A DNA stretch of 53,022 nt from a virus (lineage: Duplodnaviria > Caudoviricetes): IMG/VR virus record IMGVR_UViG_3300020452_000997, positions 1-53,022 of that record; one strand, 5' to 3'. The translations under genes and the position numbers were made by a program. The number at the start of each line of letters is the position of its first letter. Position 1 is the stretch's first letter. The notes below the pieces were generated by a model. The model made no database searches, was not told the DNA's origin, and worked only from the letters and a program-made list of their open reading frames with translations. This document shows, one piece after another, positions 8,466-17,659 of this stretch.

Positions 8466-9350
8466 TTAGAGAGTTGCGTTGATACCGCTCAAGCGAGAAG
8501 CTGCGCGTCCGTTAACCAGAGCCAAGCCGCAATACCATTCAACGCGGGTGATCATCTGTGGCTGTGTGAAGGACTCACCAAGCTCACGGACAGAAACACC
8601 ACCGTTCTGAATGCCTGTCAAGTGATCATTGCCAAAAGAAACGACATACACATCTTGAGCAGCAGGATTGCTGTCAAGAATAGCAACGTTCAGATTGTCG
8701 CGATCAAGCTCAAGGACGCGGACACCACCATAAGAAAGCTGCTGGTATCCAAACTCGTTGCGTGAGATCTCGATCTGACCGTTAGCACGAGCAAGCCTGC
8801 TAAGCTGACGACGTGCAGACTTCGACATTACGAGATACTTGTCACCGCCACTTGCGTCGCATGCATCGATAGCTTCGTCAAGCTTGCCAAGGTCAAGAGC
8901 GCCACCGCCGTTAGCGAAGAACTGGGAAGAGCCTGTAGCAATACGAGCAGCAAGGCCGTCGAACTCAGAAGGGGACTGGTTAGAGTCGCCATTGATGAAC
9001 TGTGATTCCCAGGCGAGTCGCATTGCACGAACACGGGACTGGATCTGATAAGCTTTAGCTGAAGCTCCTTCCATCTCGATGATGGCACGGTCAACCTTGA
9101 TGTCGCCGCCAAAAAGCTTCAAAGATTCAGACTGCTGACTTACTTCGCCATAGCTTTCAGCAAGAGTTCCGTTGTAATTGCGGAATCCTACATCAGGAAG
9201 ACTCTCTTCGCGCTTCCAGAAAAGGCCATTGCCTTCGATTTCGCGGAAAGGGAGGGCTGAAAGCAAAGGACCAGCTGCCAGCTCAGATACTACCGCCAGC
9301 TCCTGAGGAGTAGTAGCGTGTTTTTGGGCTTCTAATAGAGTAAGAGCCAT
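8466..9350 (-). CDS. Major capsid protein (HK97-like fold)
   Basis: 294 aa; LTLLEA, LPF..I.GN, FINGD....EFDGL, LDEAID, TRVEWYCGLA..RLSGI; scaffold upstream, terminator downstream. Confidence 0.85.
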   Translation of the reverse strand: MALTLLEAQKHATTPQELAVVSELAAGPLLSALPFREIEGNGLFWKREESLPDVGFRNYNGTLAESYGEVSQQSESLKLFGGDIKVDRAIIEMEGASAKAYQIQSRVRAMRLAWESQFINGDSNQSPSEFDGLAARIATGSSQFFANGGGALDLGKLDEAIDACDASGGDKYLVMSKSARRQLSRLARANGQIEISRNEFGYQQLSYGGVRVLELDRDNLNVAILDSNPAAQDVYVVSFGNDHLTGIQNGGVSVRELGESFTQPQMITRVEWYCGLALVNGRAASRLSGINATL

Positions 9351-9398
9351 AATAAATACCTAAAACGAATAATGAATGATTTGGGTGTTTAGGTTTTC

Positions 9399-9455
9399 AA
9401 CGATCATCACGATCGTTTCAACAAATGCACCCTTTCAGTCTTCTTCGTCACGAAG
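9399..9455 (-). promoter_or_regulatory. Two C-GUGAY-G hairpins in the capsid 5' UTR
   Basis: AACGATC-GTGAT-GATCGTT (9399-9417) and CTTC-GTGAC-GAAG (9443-9455) on the mRNA strand. Confidence 0.55.
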
Positions 9456-9605
9456 TTGCCCTACAGGGTTGCCTTAACTATTATTCCAAAGGGGTTTATA
9501 CTACAACAATGAGCTTTATAAAAGCTGATCTGTAGTTACGACAAGCAGCCCTATCAGTAAAACACATAAAAAAACTGCTAAAACAACGTAAATCAAAACT
9601 CAGCC

Positions 9606-10334
9606 TTAGGGATTTGCCGGAAAAGCATTTAAGAATTTTTCTTCACGAGTCATAGAAGAGAAGTCTTCTATTACCATCCCGTTGGCGTCTGTTCCGCCGT
9701 ATCCAATACCGGCGCCTCCAGTCTTGGTTCCTTTAAAGAAAGTTCCATAGATTGGATGAGTTTTATAGGCTCCAATATAATCTTGAGCTGTAATGCGCTT
9801 GCCAGATTCCTTGTCAAGAACAGGATCTCCACCGGAATCAAGGACCGTCAAAGATCCGTCAGGCTCTAGGCGAAAATTCCCACCAACCTGTTGAGCTATC
9901 ATGTCAAAGAAACTTACTCCATCAGCGCTATCCGTTCTTCCTCCGGCCTCGTTAAAAACTTTTTCTAAGGCATATTTCTTTTGATATTCCTGAAGAGCTG
10001 TTTTAGATGCCGCCGCCTCTTTAGCAGATGCCTCCGCCTGCTGGCTGTATTTAAGCTCAATAGCATCGCGAGACTCAGAAAACTGTTGCTGAAGTTGAGA
10101 GGCTTTTGCCAACTCTGCTTGCATTGAGCTCCACTCATCTGGATTTACGTCAGCAAAGCGCTCTAGCTGAGCCGCTTGTTCTTTTACTTGTTTTTCATAC
10201 TGCTTTCGTGATTCGCGTTCAGCTTTAAGAGCTTTAAGAAGATTCTCGGCATCAGCGCGAGGCATCATGTTTTCCGATCCTGATGCTTGAGGAGTGTTGA
10301 CTTCTGTCTCAGGAGTCATGTTCTCGTCAGCCAT
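9606..10334 (-). CDS. Capsid scaffolding protein
   Basis: Acidic N-terminus, long coiled coil (LKALKAERESRK), FFKG..TGGAG..GG...MTREEK tail; immediately upstream of the capsid gene. Confidence 0.8.
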   Translation of the reverse strand: MADENMTPETEVNTPQASGSENMMPRADAENLLKALKAERESRKQYEKQVKEQAAQLERFADVNPDEWSSMQAELAKASQLQQQFSESRDAIELKYSQQAEASAKEAAASKTALQEYQKKYALEKVFNEAGGRTDSADGVSFFDMIAQQVGGNFRLEPDGSLTVLDSGGDPVLDKESGKRITAQDYIGAYKTHPIYGTFFKGTKTGGAGIGYGGTDANGMVIEDFSSMTREEKFLNAFPANP

Positions 10335-10421
10335 ATAGAAAGCCAGGCGTCACGCCTGGTTGAGTAGTTCGACGTAGTATGCCAATCAGTCGCTCAAGTT
10401 GCTAAAAAATAGTACAAATGC

Positions 10422-11045
10422 CTAGCTGCCAACCAGCTGATCAACTTGTGCTCGCCTGCTGATCCCTGCTTCCCTTAGGGTGGGCCCGTACCCGACGATC
10501 TGTATCAATCCTCCACCTTTGTAAGTACATACGTTTGGCGATGTATTGTTTTTATAAGTGTAAATTCCTGAAAAAGGGAAGCGACCCCCACCCCTTGGAG
10601 GAACAGTACCATCTGATCTTATTAGGGATTCGTATATAAAGCCGCTTTCAAAACAGCCAAGCGCAGGGATGCAGAAGCGAGCAATATTGCAAAAGGCCCA
10701 AGGACCAGCAGTACCACCTTGTACCACAGAATATCCTAACCCAGCATCGTTTATGCCATTTACTATTCCATTCCAGATATAAGCTACGCTGTAAACATCT
10801 CTTATAGGGAAGATTTCACATGGAAGACCGCAGCACTGGACGGCACATGATAGTTGGTATTGAAAAACAACTGCTGTGCTGTAATATACTATATCGCAAT
10901 CGCAGTAGTCTGGCCTAAACGCATACCCGGCAGGGCAATAATCAGCAGGGTTGGATGGCAGACTTTGCCCCTCGTATTCGCCCCAAGCGCATTTTGGCTT
11001 AGGCTTGCACTCGTTTTGGTTACTAGGATTTGGAGCAATGGGCAT
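10422..11045 (-). CDS. Cys-rich putative virion protein
   Basis: 207 aa with 13 Cys by manual count (CPAG, CDC, CC motifs). Confidence 0.65.
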   Translation of the reverse strand: MPIAPNPSNQNECKPKPKCAWGEYEGQSLPSNPADYCPAGYAFRPDYCDCDIVYYSTAVVFQYQLSCAVQCCGLPCEIFPIRDVYSVAYIWNGIVNGINDAGLGYSVVQGGTAGPWAFCNIARFCIPALGCFESGFIYESLIRSDGTVPPRGGGRFPFSGIYTYKNNTSPNVCTYKGGGLIQIVGYGPTLREAGISRRAQVDQLVGS

Positions 11046-11411
11046 TTATTTTTTCCACTTTTTCTGAGGACAAAGCATGTCGGGATCACCGCCGACCCAC
11101 GTTTTTGCTTCCATAAAGCAACCGCAATCATTGCATCTCTTCGATTCTGGATTAAAAGAATCGCAAGCCTTGCACACAGAGTATCGCTCCTCTCGGATTT
11201 TAACAGAGACCTTGCCATTTTTAATGGCTTGCATGCCAGTACGAACTAAGCCTTTGGCCATCTTCCCTATGCCGGGAGAAGTCTTGGAATACTTGAGGTT
11301 GACATTACTCGTAAACATATTATTCAGCTCTTCATTCCTCTCTTTAGGCCACGCAGAAACAGGGCCTATAGGATAAACTCCTGCCGACTTAAGCTCATCC
11401 TTTAGAATCAT
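11046..11411 (-). CDS. Zinc-binding protein (DUF6171-like)
   Basis: R..VCKAC...CNDCGCF..AK.....CP..KW motif; late motif at 11430-11439. Confidence 0.7.
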   Translation of the reverse strand: MILKDELKSAGVYPIGPVSAWPKERNEELNNMFTSNVNLKYSKTSPGIGKMAKGLVRTGMQAIKNGKVSVKIREERYSVCKACDSFNPESKRCNDCGCFMEAKTWVGGDPDMLCPQKKWKK

Positions 11412-11441
11412 ATTTAAGGCAAGACTGGGCTAGGGTACCTA

Positions 11442-13703
11442 TCAAGACTTAAGCACATAACTAGAAGATCCAGTGTTGTAATACAAAGATCCAGAGGCAA
11501 CTCCGCCTGTACCAGCAGCTGCATCGTCGGCATATTCTGCAATGCCAAGAGCAACCCTGGGGCTTGACCATGACAATACTCCGCTACCATTAGTTACCAG
11601 TACATAATCTGAAGAGCCGTCCACTAAAGGCAGTGTGTAAGTCTGATCGACGCTGTATGATGAAGGAAGTTTAAAGCCTAGATAGTTACCTGTAGGGGTA
11701 GGTAATCGTGAGCTGCCGGTTTCAAATCGCACTTCAGGAGTATTGTCAGTGGCCGAAACGTCACCCTCTAGTCGCAAGGTGACCCCATTATCAGTCCTTA
11801 CTCCGGCTCCTTTCGTAGGATGCACATTAAAAGCAGTGGTGCCCAAGGTACTACTTGCGAAAACCCCAGCTCCAAACGCAGCGTTAACGTAAAACTTCCA
11901 TGTATCTCCCGATGGGACGTCCGCACTAGAGAAAGGAATTTGATCTAAGCCAGTAATTTCAAGAGATCCCGAAGAATAACTTGTACCCTCAAGTACGCTA
12001 TAAGCAAGACTTCCACTAGCTGGAGGATAATAGCTTGGCCATCCAGGTGTCCATTTGCTCCCATTGTATACTAGCCCCATAAGTGGGACAAGATCTATTT
12101 GGGTTGCGTCGACAGCTGCATCATAATCCGCTTCTACGATTGTTGAAGTAGTCATCGAAGTAATCGGAGTGTCTGTCTGGCAAACCCTTAAGTCGTCATA
12201 ATATTTGTTGTGACTCGTGCCTGCGCTTGATGAGGCCCAAGCAAACTCCAAAACCTCAGACTCTACTGAATAGGCAGCTAATGCTTGAGGCCACGTCTCA
12301 TTATTCACAGCAATACTACCATCAACCCAAACAGATACCGAGGCTGGAGCTCTAGTTAATCCACTCGATGACCCAAAGTCAACTTGCACTGCAAAATGAT
12401 GCCACTGGTTTGCTGCTATGGTAGGGAGAGTTCCGACTTCACTAAAAGCACTGTTACTGTATAGACCAAAGCCAGTATCTCTAGTATAAATGGCGTAACC
12501 AGTACCGCTGCCGAGCGCTTGCAACGTGCCACCTAGGGCAACTCTATAGGTTGAATTAAGAGTATTGGTGTTATAGAGCCAAAAAGACCAACAGTCATAG
12601 CGTTTCGTAGTGGACTGAAGAACTGTTCCAAAATCTAGGGACCCATAACTATCGGTTCCTTTAAATGAAGTTGTACCGGTTTTAGCTTGCTCTGTGCTTG
12701 GGGCACCCGCTTGGGTCACATACGGGTAAGGTCCCTCGAAATCAACAGAAAAAGCCGGTGAAGGATTTGTTGTGTTGACGTCGTTTAAAGCGCTTAGAGT
12801 GGCAGCGCCTTCAGGAGGCTTAGGGATAACAGGTGCGGATACGATATGATAGCCGTCAGTCAGTGCTACGGGACTTCCAGTATTATTGAGGGCTAAGATG
12901 TTAAAGGAATTGATCCCTGTTCCAAGAAACGAAGACACTCTTCTAACAACGCCCGACTCGTAACCACTTCCGTCTGTAGCCGGATTAAGCCAGGCGACAT
13001 CAGCCCCTGAGAGGGGAGTCATCCGTACACCACTGGTCGTATTGAAAGCGTATACGGATGTGGCTACTGAAATAGTAAAGCCGCCTGCAGGCGCCGCAGG
13101 CCCTGTGAAGTCGTAGCCCCCGACAGGCAACGAGCCTGTAGAGGTTGTGTCAACAATCGTGACGGCGCCGAGAGTCGCATTACTGAAAGAGGCGATCTGA
13201 ACGAACCAGTCATCCCCAGCGGATGAAGTAGTAAGCGATAAGCTCACGCTTCCAGCGCTTATATCAGAGGCATCGAGCTCCTTATGCAAAACAAAACTCA
13301 GGAGATCGGCAACGGTGCTGCTTGAGCTAGTGTATCCCTGGCTACTGGCTAGCGTCCATCCAGAGGGGACTGCGATTGGCACTACGGAGTTTGGATCTCC
13401 CCCAGCCCTGACTGACCCTGATATCACAGCGAGGTCACCAACCGCTGCGTTAGAGGGGATGCTGACCGGGAAGCTCGATAAATTGAAGCCCCCTACCGCA
13501 TCAGAGGACGCGCCAGTAAGTCCAGTACCAGCATCACCGCCACCGCCAGAAATTGTTACGATACTTCCGTCCGTATGCTTCGTAAACAGCTTCCCGTCTG
13601 CAGTATTAACCGCTAGCTCAGCAACCTCCAGGTCTGCCGCCAACGGCTCCTCGGAAGCGGTCCCAGATGCTTTGGCGACAATACGTGCGTTCAGTTCAGC
13701 CAT
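11442..13703 (-). CDS. Receptor-binding fibre protein with LamG/concanavalin-like domain
   Basis: Mtd_N-like N-terminus (LEVAELAVNTADGKLF); WSFWLY...NQWHHFAV...VWVDG...YYDDLRV LamG pattern; YTLP..DG...VLVTNGSGVLSW repeat. Confidence 0.8.
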   Translation of the reverse strand: MAELNARIVAKASGTASEEPLAADLEVAELAVNTADGKLFTKHTDGSIVTISGGGGDAGTGLTGASSDAVGGFNLSSFPVSIPSNAAVGDLAVISGSVRAGGDPNSVVPIAVPSGWTLASSQGYTSSSSTVADLLSFVLHKELDASDISAGSVSLSLTTSSAGDDWFVQIASFSNATLGAVTIVDTTSTGSLPVGGYDFTGPAAPAGGFTISVATSVYAFNTTSGVRMTPLSGADVAWLNPATDGSGYESGVVRRVSSFLGTGINSFNILALNNTGSPVALTDGYHIVSAPVIPKPPEGAATLSALNDVNTTNPSPAFSVDFEGPYPYVTQAGAPSTEQAKTGTTSFKGTDSYGSLDFGTVLQSTTKRYDCWSFWLYNTNTLNSTYRVALGGTLQALGSGTGYAIYTRDTGFGLYSNSAFSEVGTLPTIAANQWHHFAVQVDFGSSSGLTRAPASVSVWVDGSIAVNNETWPQALAAYSVESEVLEFAWASSSAGTSHNKYYDDLRVCQTDTPITSMTTSTIVEADYDAAVDATQIDLVPLMGLVYNGSKWTPGWPSYYPPASGSLAYSVLEGTSYSSGSLEITGLDQIPFSSADVPSGDTWKFYVNAAFGAGVFASSTLGTTAFNVHPTKGAGVRTDNGVTLRLEGDVSATDNTPEVRFETGSSRLPTPTGNYLGFKLPSSYSVDQTYTLPLVDGSSDYVLVTNGSGVLSWSSPRVALGIAEYADDAAAGTGGVASGSLYYNTGSSSYVLKS

Positions 13704-13731
13704 CTGGAAGATTCAGTCTTCGCTAGTATTC

Positions 13732-14898
13732 CTAGACCCCGCTGCCAAAGGTTCCCCCAGAGACAGAAGTGATGGCTTGATTTCCGTAAGCTGTAATTGT
13801 TACCTGCGAATTAACGTTAGCACCCGCTTGGCTTCTAACCGCTGCGTAAATAGCCTCAGTAGCGGAAGTGTCATTGTTAAAATAAGAAGTGCCTGGAGTT
13901 GCTGTTAAAGTGGTTCCAGCAGTAATGTAAAATTCTGCTAAAACGCCAGAACCTGTAGAAGGATCAGTAGCATAGGTTCTGCTAGCGTCTGACGTTCTTT
14001 CCGCCGCAGAGCCGTAAAGAACAATCCAAGCATCCAAAGAGGATGTGATTTTTGCGATAATTCCAGAAGTTCCAATTCCGCTAAAAGTTGCTGCACCAGA
14101 AGAAGCGGTTTTGTTTTCTGTCAGCCGAGCAATAGTAGATCCTCCTCCACCTCCACCTCCACCAGTCGCATTAGCCCAAATAGGAAGTCCGCTAGACACA
14201 GTAAGAACTTGAGATTCGTTTCCGATTCCTAGTCTTGTCGTAGAACCTCCAGACCTTATTATAACATCTCCGTTAGTGGTCAGTGGGTCAGTAAAACCCC
14301 CAGAAGAGTTCAATGGTTGCCACTCCGAATCGGCATTAACCCATGTCAAAACTTGCCCGTCCGTGGGTGGATTTGTTGTTGTATCTACATCGGACAGGTC
14401 GCCAATAGACCCAACAGTGCTTGGAGTAGCCCATGTCAACACTCCACTGCCATTTGTCGTAAGAGCCTGGCCACTTGTTCCAGTGTCGTCAGGAAGTACA
14501 AGCGTATAAGTCGCAGCCGCACTGTGAGGCGGCGATTTAATCTTTACTCCATGGCTATTAGTTTCGCAATTTAGCTGTATAGCTGCGTCATTACCTGTGT
14601 TTCCTTTTATTTCAACAACGCCTGTAGTATTAGGAGCTAATTTTAAGTTTGCTGCACTAACGGTAACAATTTCAAAGCCATTTGTGTCTAGATTGCCGCC
14701 AAGTTGAGGGCTTGTATCACCAACTACAAGAACGTCAGTTACTGTTGCGGTTAAAACTCCACCTTCTATAATATAAAGTACATCAATATCCGTTGCGTAA
14801 CACAGCTCACCTTCTTGTAGGTCCGATATTCCAGCCGTTAGCGCAGTCAGTGTGCCACGAGCTACTCTTACGGGCACACGGTAAGAAGGGACTGGCAT
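13732..14898 (-). CDS. Fibre protein
   Basis: Mtd_N-like module (VARG...LQEGELCYATD); DTSPQLGGNLD, LVLPDD.G..GQ.L and DLSDV repeats; ends SGGTFGSGV*. Confidence 0.8.
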   Translation of the reverse strand: MPVPSYRVPVRVARGTLTALTAGISDLQEGELCYATDIDVLYIIEGGVLTATVTDVLVVGDTSPQLGGNLDTNGFEIVTVSAANLKLAPNTTGVVEIKGNTGNDAAIQLNCETNSHGVKIKSPPHSAAATYTLVLPDDTGTSGQALTTNGSGVLTWATPSTVGSIGDLSDVDTTTNPPTDGQVLTWVNADSEWQPLNSSGGFTDPLTTNGDVIIRSGGSTTRLGIGNESQVLTVSSGLPIWANATGGGGGGGGSTIARLTENKTASSGAATFSGIGTSGIIAKITSSLDAWIVLYGSAAERTSDASRTYATDPSTGSGVLAEFYITAGTTLTATPGTSYFNNDTSATEAIYAAVRSQAGANVNSQVTITAYGNQAITSVSGGTFGSGV

Positions 14899-14932
14899 AA
14901 CACGATTCTGTCTGGACTAGAATGCCGAATAC

Positions 14933-15217
14933 TTAAGTGAACTCACCTCCATCAGGTACCTCTCCGTCAGAAGCTCCAGTAGTGAAGTCACCTCCACCCC
15001 AAAAAACCAAACCACCACTTCCTCCGCCGCTTCCGCTGATAGTAACGATACTACCGGCAGAATTCTTAGTAAATAGCGTAGCAGCCCCGGCAGTAAGACC
15101 TAGAACGAGTTCCCCTTGAGTAATCGCATCCGTGCCACCTGTCTCGATAGCGGCAATGATAGTCGCACTAGAATCCGTAGAGTTTTTAAGGACTATTCGA
15201 TCAGGAAAAACCGCCAC
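14933..15217 (-). CDS. Small fibre adaptor protein
   Basis: RIVLKNS...QGELVLG...LFTK module followed by GGGDF and DGGEF motifs. GTG start. Confidence 0.75.
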   Translation of the reverse strand: MAVFPDRIVLKNSTDSSATIIAAIETGGTDAITQGELVLGLTAGAATLFTKNSAGSIVTISGSGGGSGGLVFWGGGDFTTGASDGEVPDGGEFT

Positions 15218-15248
15218 AGGAGGATGAAGCTAGACTAGGCTATGATTC

Positions 15249-16826
15249 CTAAATATTGCAACAGACACTTTGAATTAGTCTACTGGAGACTAAAACAGGC
15301 GCACCGAAGCCTGGCTGGGGCGCGTTAGCGCAGGTTCCATCATCATAACTTGCACATCGTATGTAGCCTTTTGGGTATGAACATCCGCTGTAAAACGAGG
15401 TGTTAATGAAATTAGAAATACGCCACCAAGGTCGAGCGTTTGGGAGATTACAGCCTATAGATTGCCCGGTACAATTCTTTGCGTTGATTCCGTTGCAAAC
15501 ACAGGGCGCAACAACACTTGACATCGCAGGACCTCCGACAGATTTCAAAGTTATCGTCGAAAATGAGTTAAACCCCGTTTGGAACACATTTTCGTAAATG
15601 TCTATTATTTTTCCGCCGCAGCAACGGCGTTCCTCGTCGTCGGCATCTGGCTGGTAACAGATTTCGCCCGGCTCGCAACACTCATCACCGGGCGAGTTGG
15701 GGCATATTACGCCATCATTACAACTAGGACAATCCGGGTCTGGATAGCACTTGCCATTAGATCCACACAGCTGACAACTGGGGCAGTCGTCATCACAATT
15801 GCAGTCGCAAAAGCCGCATTCCGCAGGAACTCCTGACTTGTCGCATTGCTCAAAAAGTCTGCAGGTTCGGCTGCCAACTGTGATAGTTCCTGACTGACGG
15901 CAACTACTTTTTGGAGGACATGGAGGATCAGGCTCCGAATCGCACACTGTGAGTGTCGTGCAAACACCAGCACATGGGTCTGCCTCGGGAGTCCCTTCGT
16001 CTTCAACAATAGGAGGTAAAGGAGTGGGAACACAGTTAGCAAAATCGCTGGAACATGTCCCGTCTTCGTCGCACTTCTCGCAAGTAGTACAAGACCTGCC
16101 GATCCCGTCGCCACACCAGCAAGGACCTGAACCGCTCTTTGGAATGCAAGCAGTGCCAGCAAAGCCGCCCAGATCAGTACAGGAAGAGCATTCATCACAA
16201 GTGTTTTCACCAGTGCATCCAGGAGCAGAAGTCCCATTGGCAGAAAGATAGGAAGTACAAAACTTGCTACACCGTTGAGGAGGAGGAGGACATTCTCCGC
16301 AGAAACATTGCACTCCAAAGCCTGTAAAGCGGCAACAGCGTCCTGCACCACAACAGGCATCATTGGTGCCCAAGGTCGTAGCGAGTCCAGAGCAACCCGT
16401 CTTCAAGCATTTGCCGTTAAGACTTAGCCCGATCAAGCCGTTTCCTATAGTGCCACCGTCTAAAGCTGTTCTCAGCAAAACGTCCCCAGGCTTGAGATTG
16501 TCCAGAGCTTTCTGATAAACTTTTGCGAGATCTTTGTCCAGCGTTAAATAAGAAGTAGTACCGGCTCCGCATTGACCAGGTAAAGACCCGTCAGCACCTC
16601 CGTTACCACACCCTGAAGTATTGCCAGATCCGTCAGCAGAGCCAGATTCCTCTTTTACGCAACCCCCGCCAATACAAGCCCATCCAGACGCGCAATCGCT
16701 ACTGTCGTAACATCCCGTTATATTGCTTCCCGCGACGGGTAAAGGGTTGTATTTCAAACTGCCGGTCGCCAAGAAACTCTGCGCCTGGCTTGATCTTTTT
16801 CTGAAAAAGTCGCTATATCCGGCCAC
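15249..16826 (-). CDS. Extremely Cys-rich virion protein
   Basis: About 61 Cys in 525 aa by manual count; CxxC, CC, CxCxC and C-x5-C-x5-C-x4-C patterns; late motif at 16846-16855. Confidence 0.75.
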   Translation of the reverse strand: MAGYSDFFRKRSSQAQSFLATGSLKYNPLPVAGSNITGCYDSSDCASGWACIGGGCVKEESGSADGSGNTSGCGNGGADGSLPGQCGAGTTSYLTLDKDLAKVYQKALDNLKPGDVLLRTALDGGTIGNGLIGLSLNGKCLKTGCSGLATTLGTNDACCGAGRCCRFTGFGVQCFCGECPPPPQRCSKFCTSYLSANGTSAPGCTGENTCDECSSCTDLGGFAGTACIPKSGSGPCWCGDGIGRSCTTCEKCDEDGTCSSDFANCVPTPLPPIVEDEGTPEADPCAGVCTTLTVCDSEPDPPCPPKSSCRQSGTITVGSRTCRLFEQCDKSGVPAECGFCDCNCDDDCPSCQLCGSNGKCYPDPDCPSCNDGVICPNSPGDECCEPGEICYQPDADDEERRCCGGKIIDIYENVFQTGFNSFSTITLKSVGGPAMSSVVAPCVCNGINAKNCTGQSIGCNLPNARPWWRISNFINTSFYSGCSYPKGYIRCASYDDGTCANAPQPGFGAPVLVSSRLIQSVCCNI

Positions 16827-16845
16827 TGCTGTTGAACTAACTGCG

Positions 16846-17184
16846 CTAGGTTGCCAAGGTTGAATAGAAAGATAGGTTCGGATCTTTTTTTAATCCTGTC
16901 CTAGGATCTATTACAACGCCCCAGTTTTTTACCGGCTTCCACAGAAGAAAGCCTTCGGAATCTTTAATAACAACATACATGGTCCCAGTTAGATCCGTGC
17001 CATTTCTGTATATAATAATCTGCCCCTCTCTCTCAGGACGCTGATTGATGGCTGTAATTACTCCATCTACAACTACATACTCATCCTGAGGTGGCGGTAT
17101 AGAAGTGATCTTAGCCGCAACAGTTTTGGCATTAGCCCTTGCTGTGGTTTTGATACCGGCTATGAGGGGATCGTTTATAGGCAT
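16846..17184 (-). CDS. Small tail-tip associated protein
   Basis: Position and TAATG coupling; EGQIIIY....MYVV...W motif. Confidence 0.65.
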   Translation of the reverse strand: MPINDPLIAGIKTTARANAKTVAAKITSIPPPQDEYVVVDGVITAINQRPEREGQIIIYRNGTDLTGTMYVVIKDSEGFLLWKPVKNWGVVIDPRTGLKKDPNLSFYSTLAT

Positions 17185-17393
17185 TACAAAGCAAGCAACC
17201 TAAGCCCTGTGCTGTCAACAATATAAAGCCTTACCGTATCAAAATTTCCATCATAGTATGCGATTAATTTGTTAGGCACTTCTGGAGGGTTAAGGACTGC
17301 CCCTAAAGGAGGCTCTGTATATCTTACCTCAAGAACGACGTCTGTATTCTCCGTAATTGACTGCGAAGATATCGAAAGGCGATTAATTGCCAT
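17184..17393 (-). CDS. Small tail-tip associated protein
   Basis: Tightly packed in the tail operon. Confidence 0.6.
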   Translation of the reverse strand: MAINRLSISSQSITENTDVVLEVRYTEPPLGAVLNPPEVPNKLIAYYDGNFDTVRLYIVDSTGLRLLAL

Positions 17394-17395
17394 AA

Positions 17396-17659
17396 CTAAA
17401 ATTTGCTGTAGTAAACGCCATTAGCGTAACTTAATTCCACCTCTGTGCCTGCTGGAATAGACACAAATCCAATAGGCTTTGTAGGGTAATTTTTATTGTT
17501 ATAGCTAACAACTCCTTCTCCACGACTGCCAAGCCTTACCCACTTGCCAGTAACACTGCCAACAAAGTCCCCTTGAATACTAATATCCGAAGCCCGAAAC
17601 TCTAAATCTACAAGCCTGTTGGCGACGCTAATGTTTATGAGTGTGTCTAAGATCATCAT
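17396..17659 (-). CDS. Small tail-tip protein (OB-fold-like)
   Basis: GKWVRL...GVVSYNNK.Y...SIPAGTEVEL; ATGA overlap with the upstream gene. Confidence 0.6.
   Translation of the reverse strand: MMILDTLINISVANRLVDLEFRASDISIQGDFVGSVTGKWVRLGSRGEGVVSYNNKNYPTKPIGFVSIPAGTEVELSYANGVYYSKF

Noticed and set aside
538-14898. Diversity-generating retroelement suggested by Mtd_N-like domains
   Set aside because: No reverse transcriptase and no TR/VR pair differing at adenines was seen in the window.
15707-16363. 218-aa hydrophobic alternative-frame ORF
   Set aside because: It is a by-product of the TGY-rich Cys codons in the main frame; no independent start signals.
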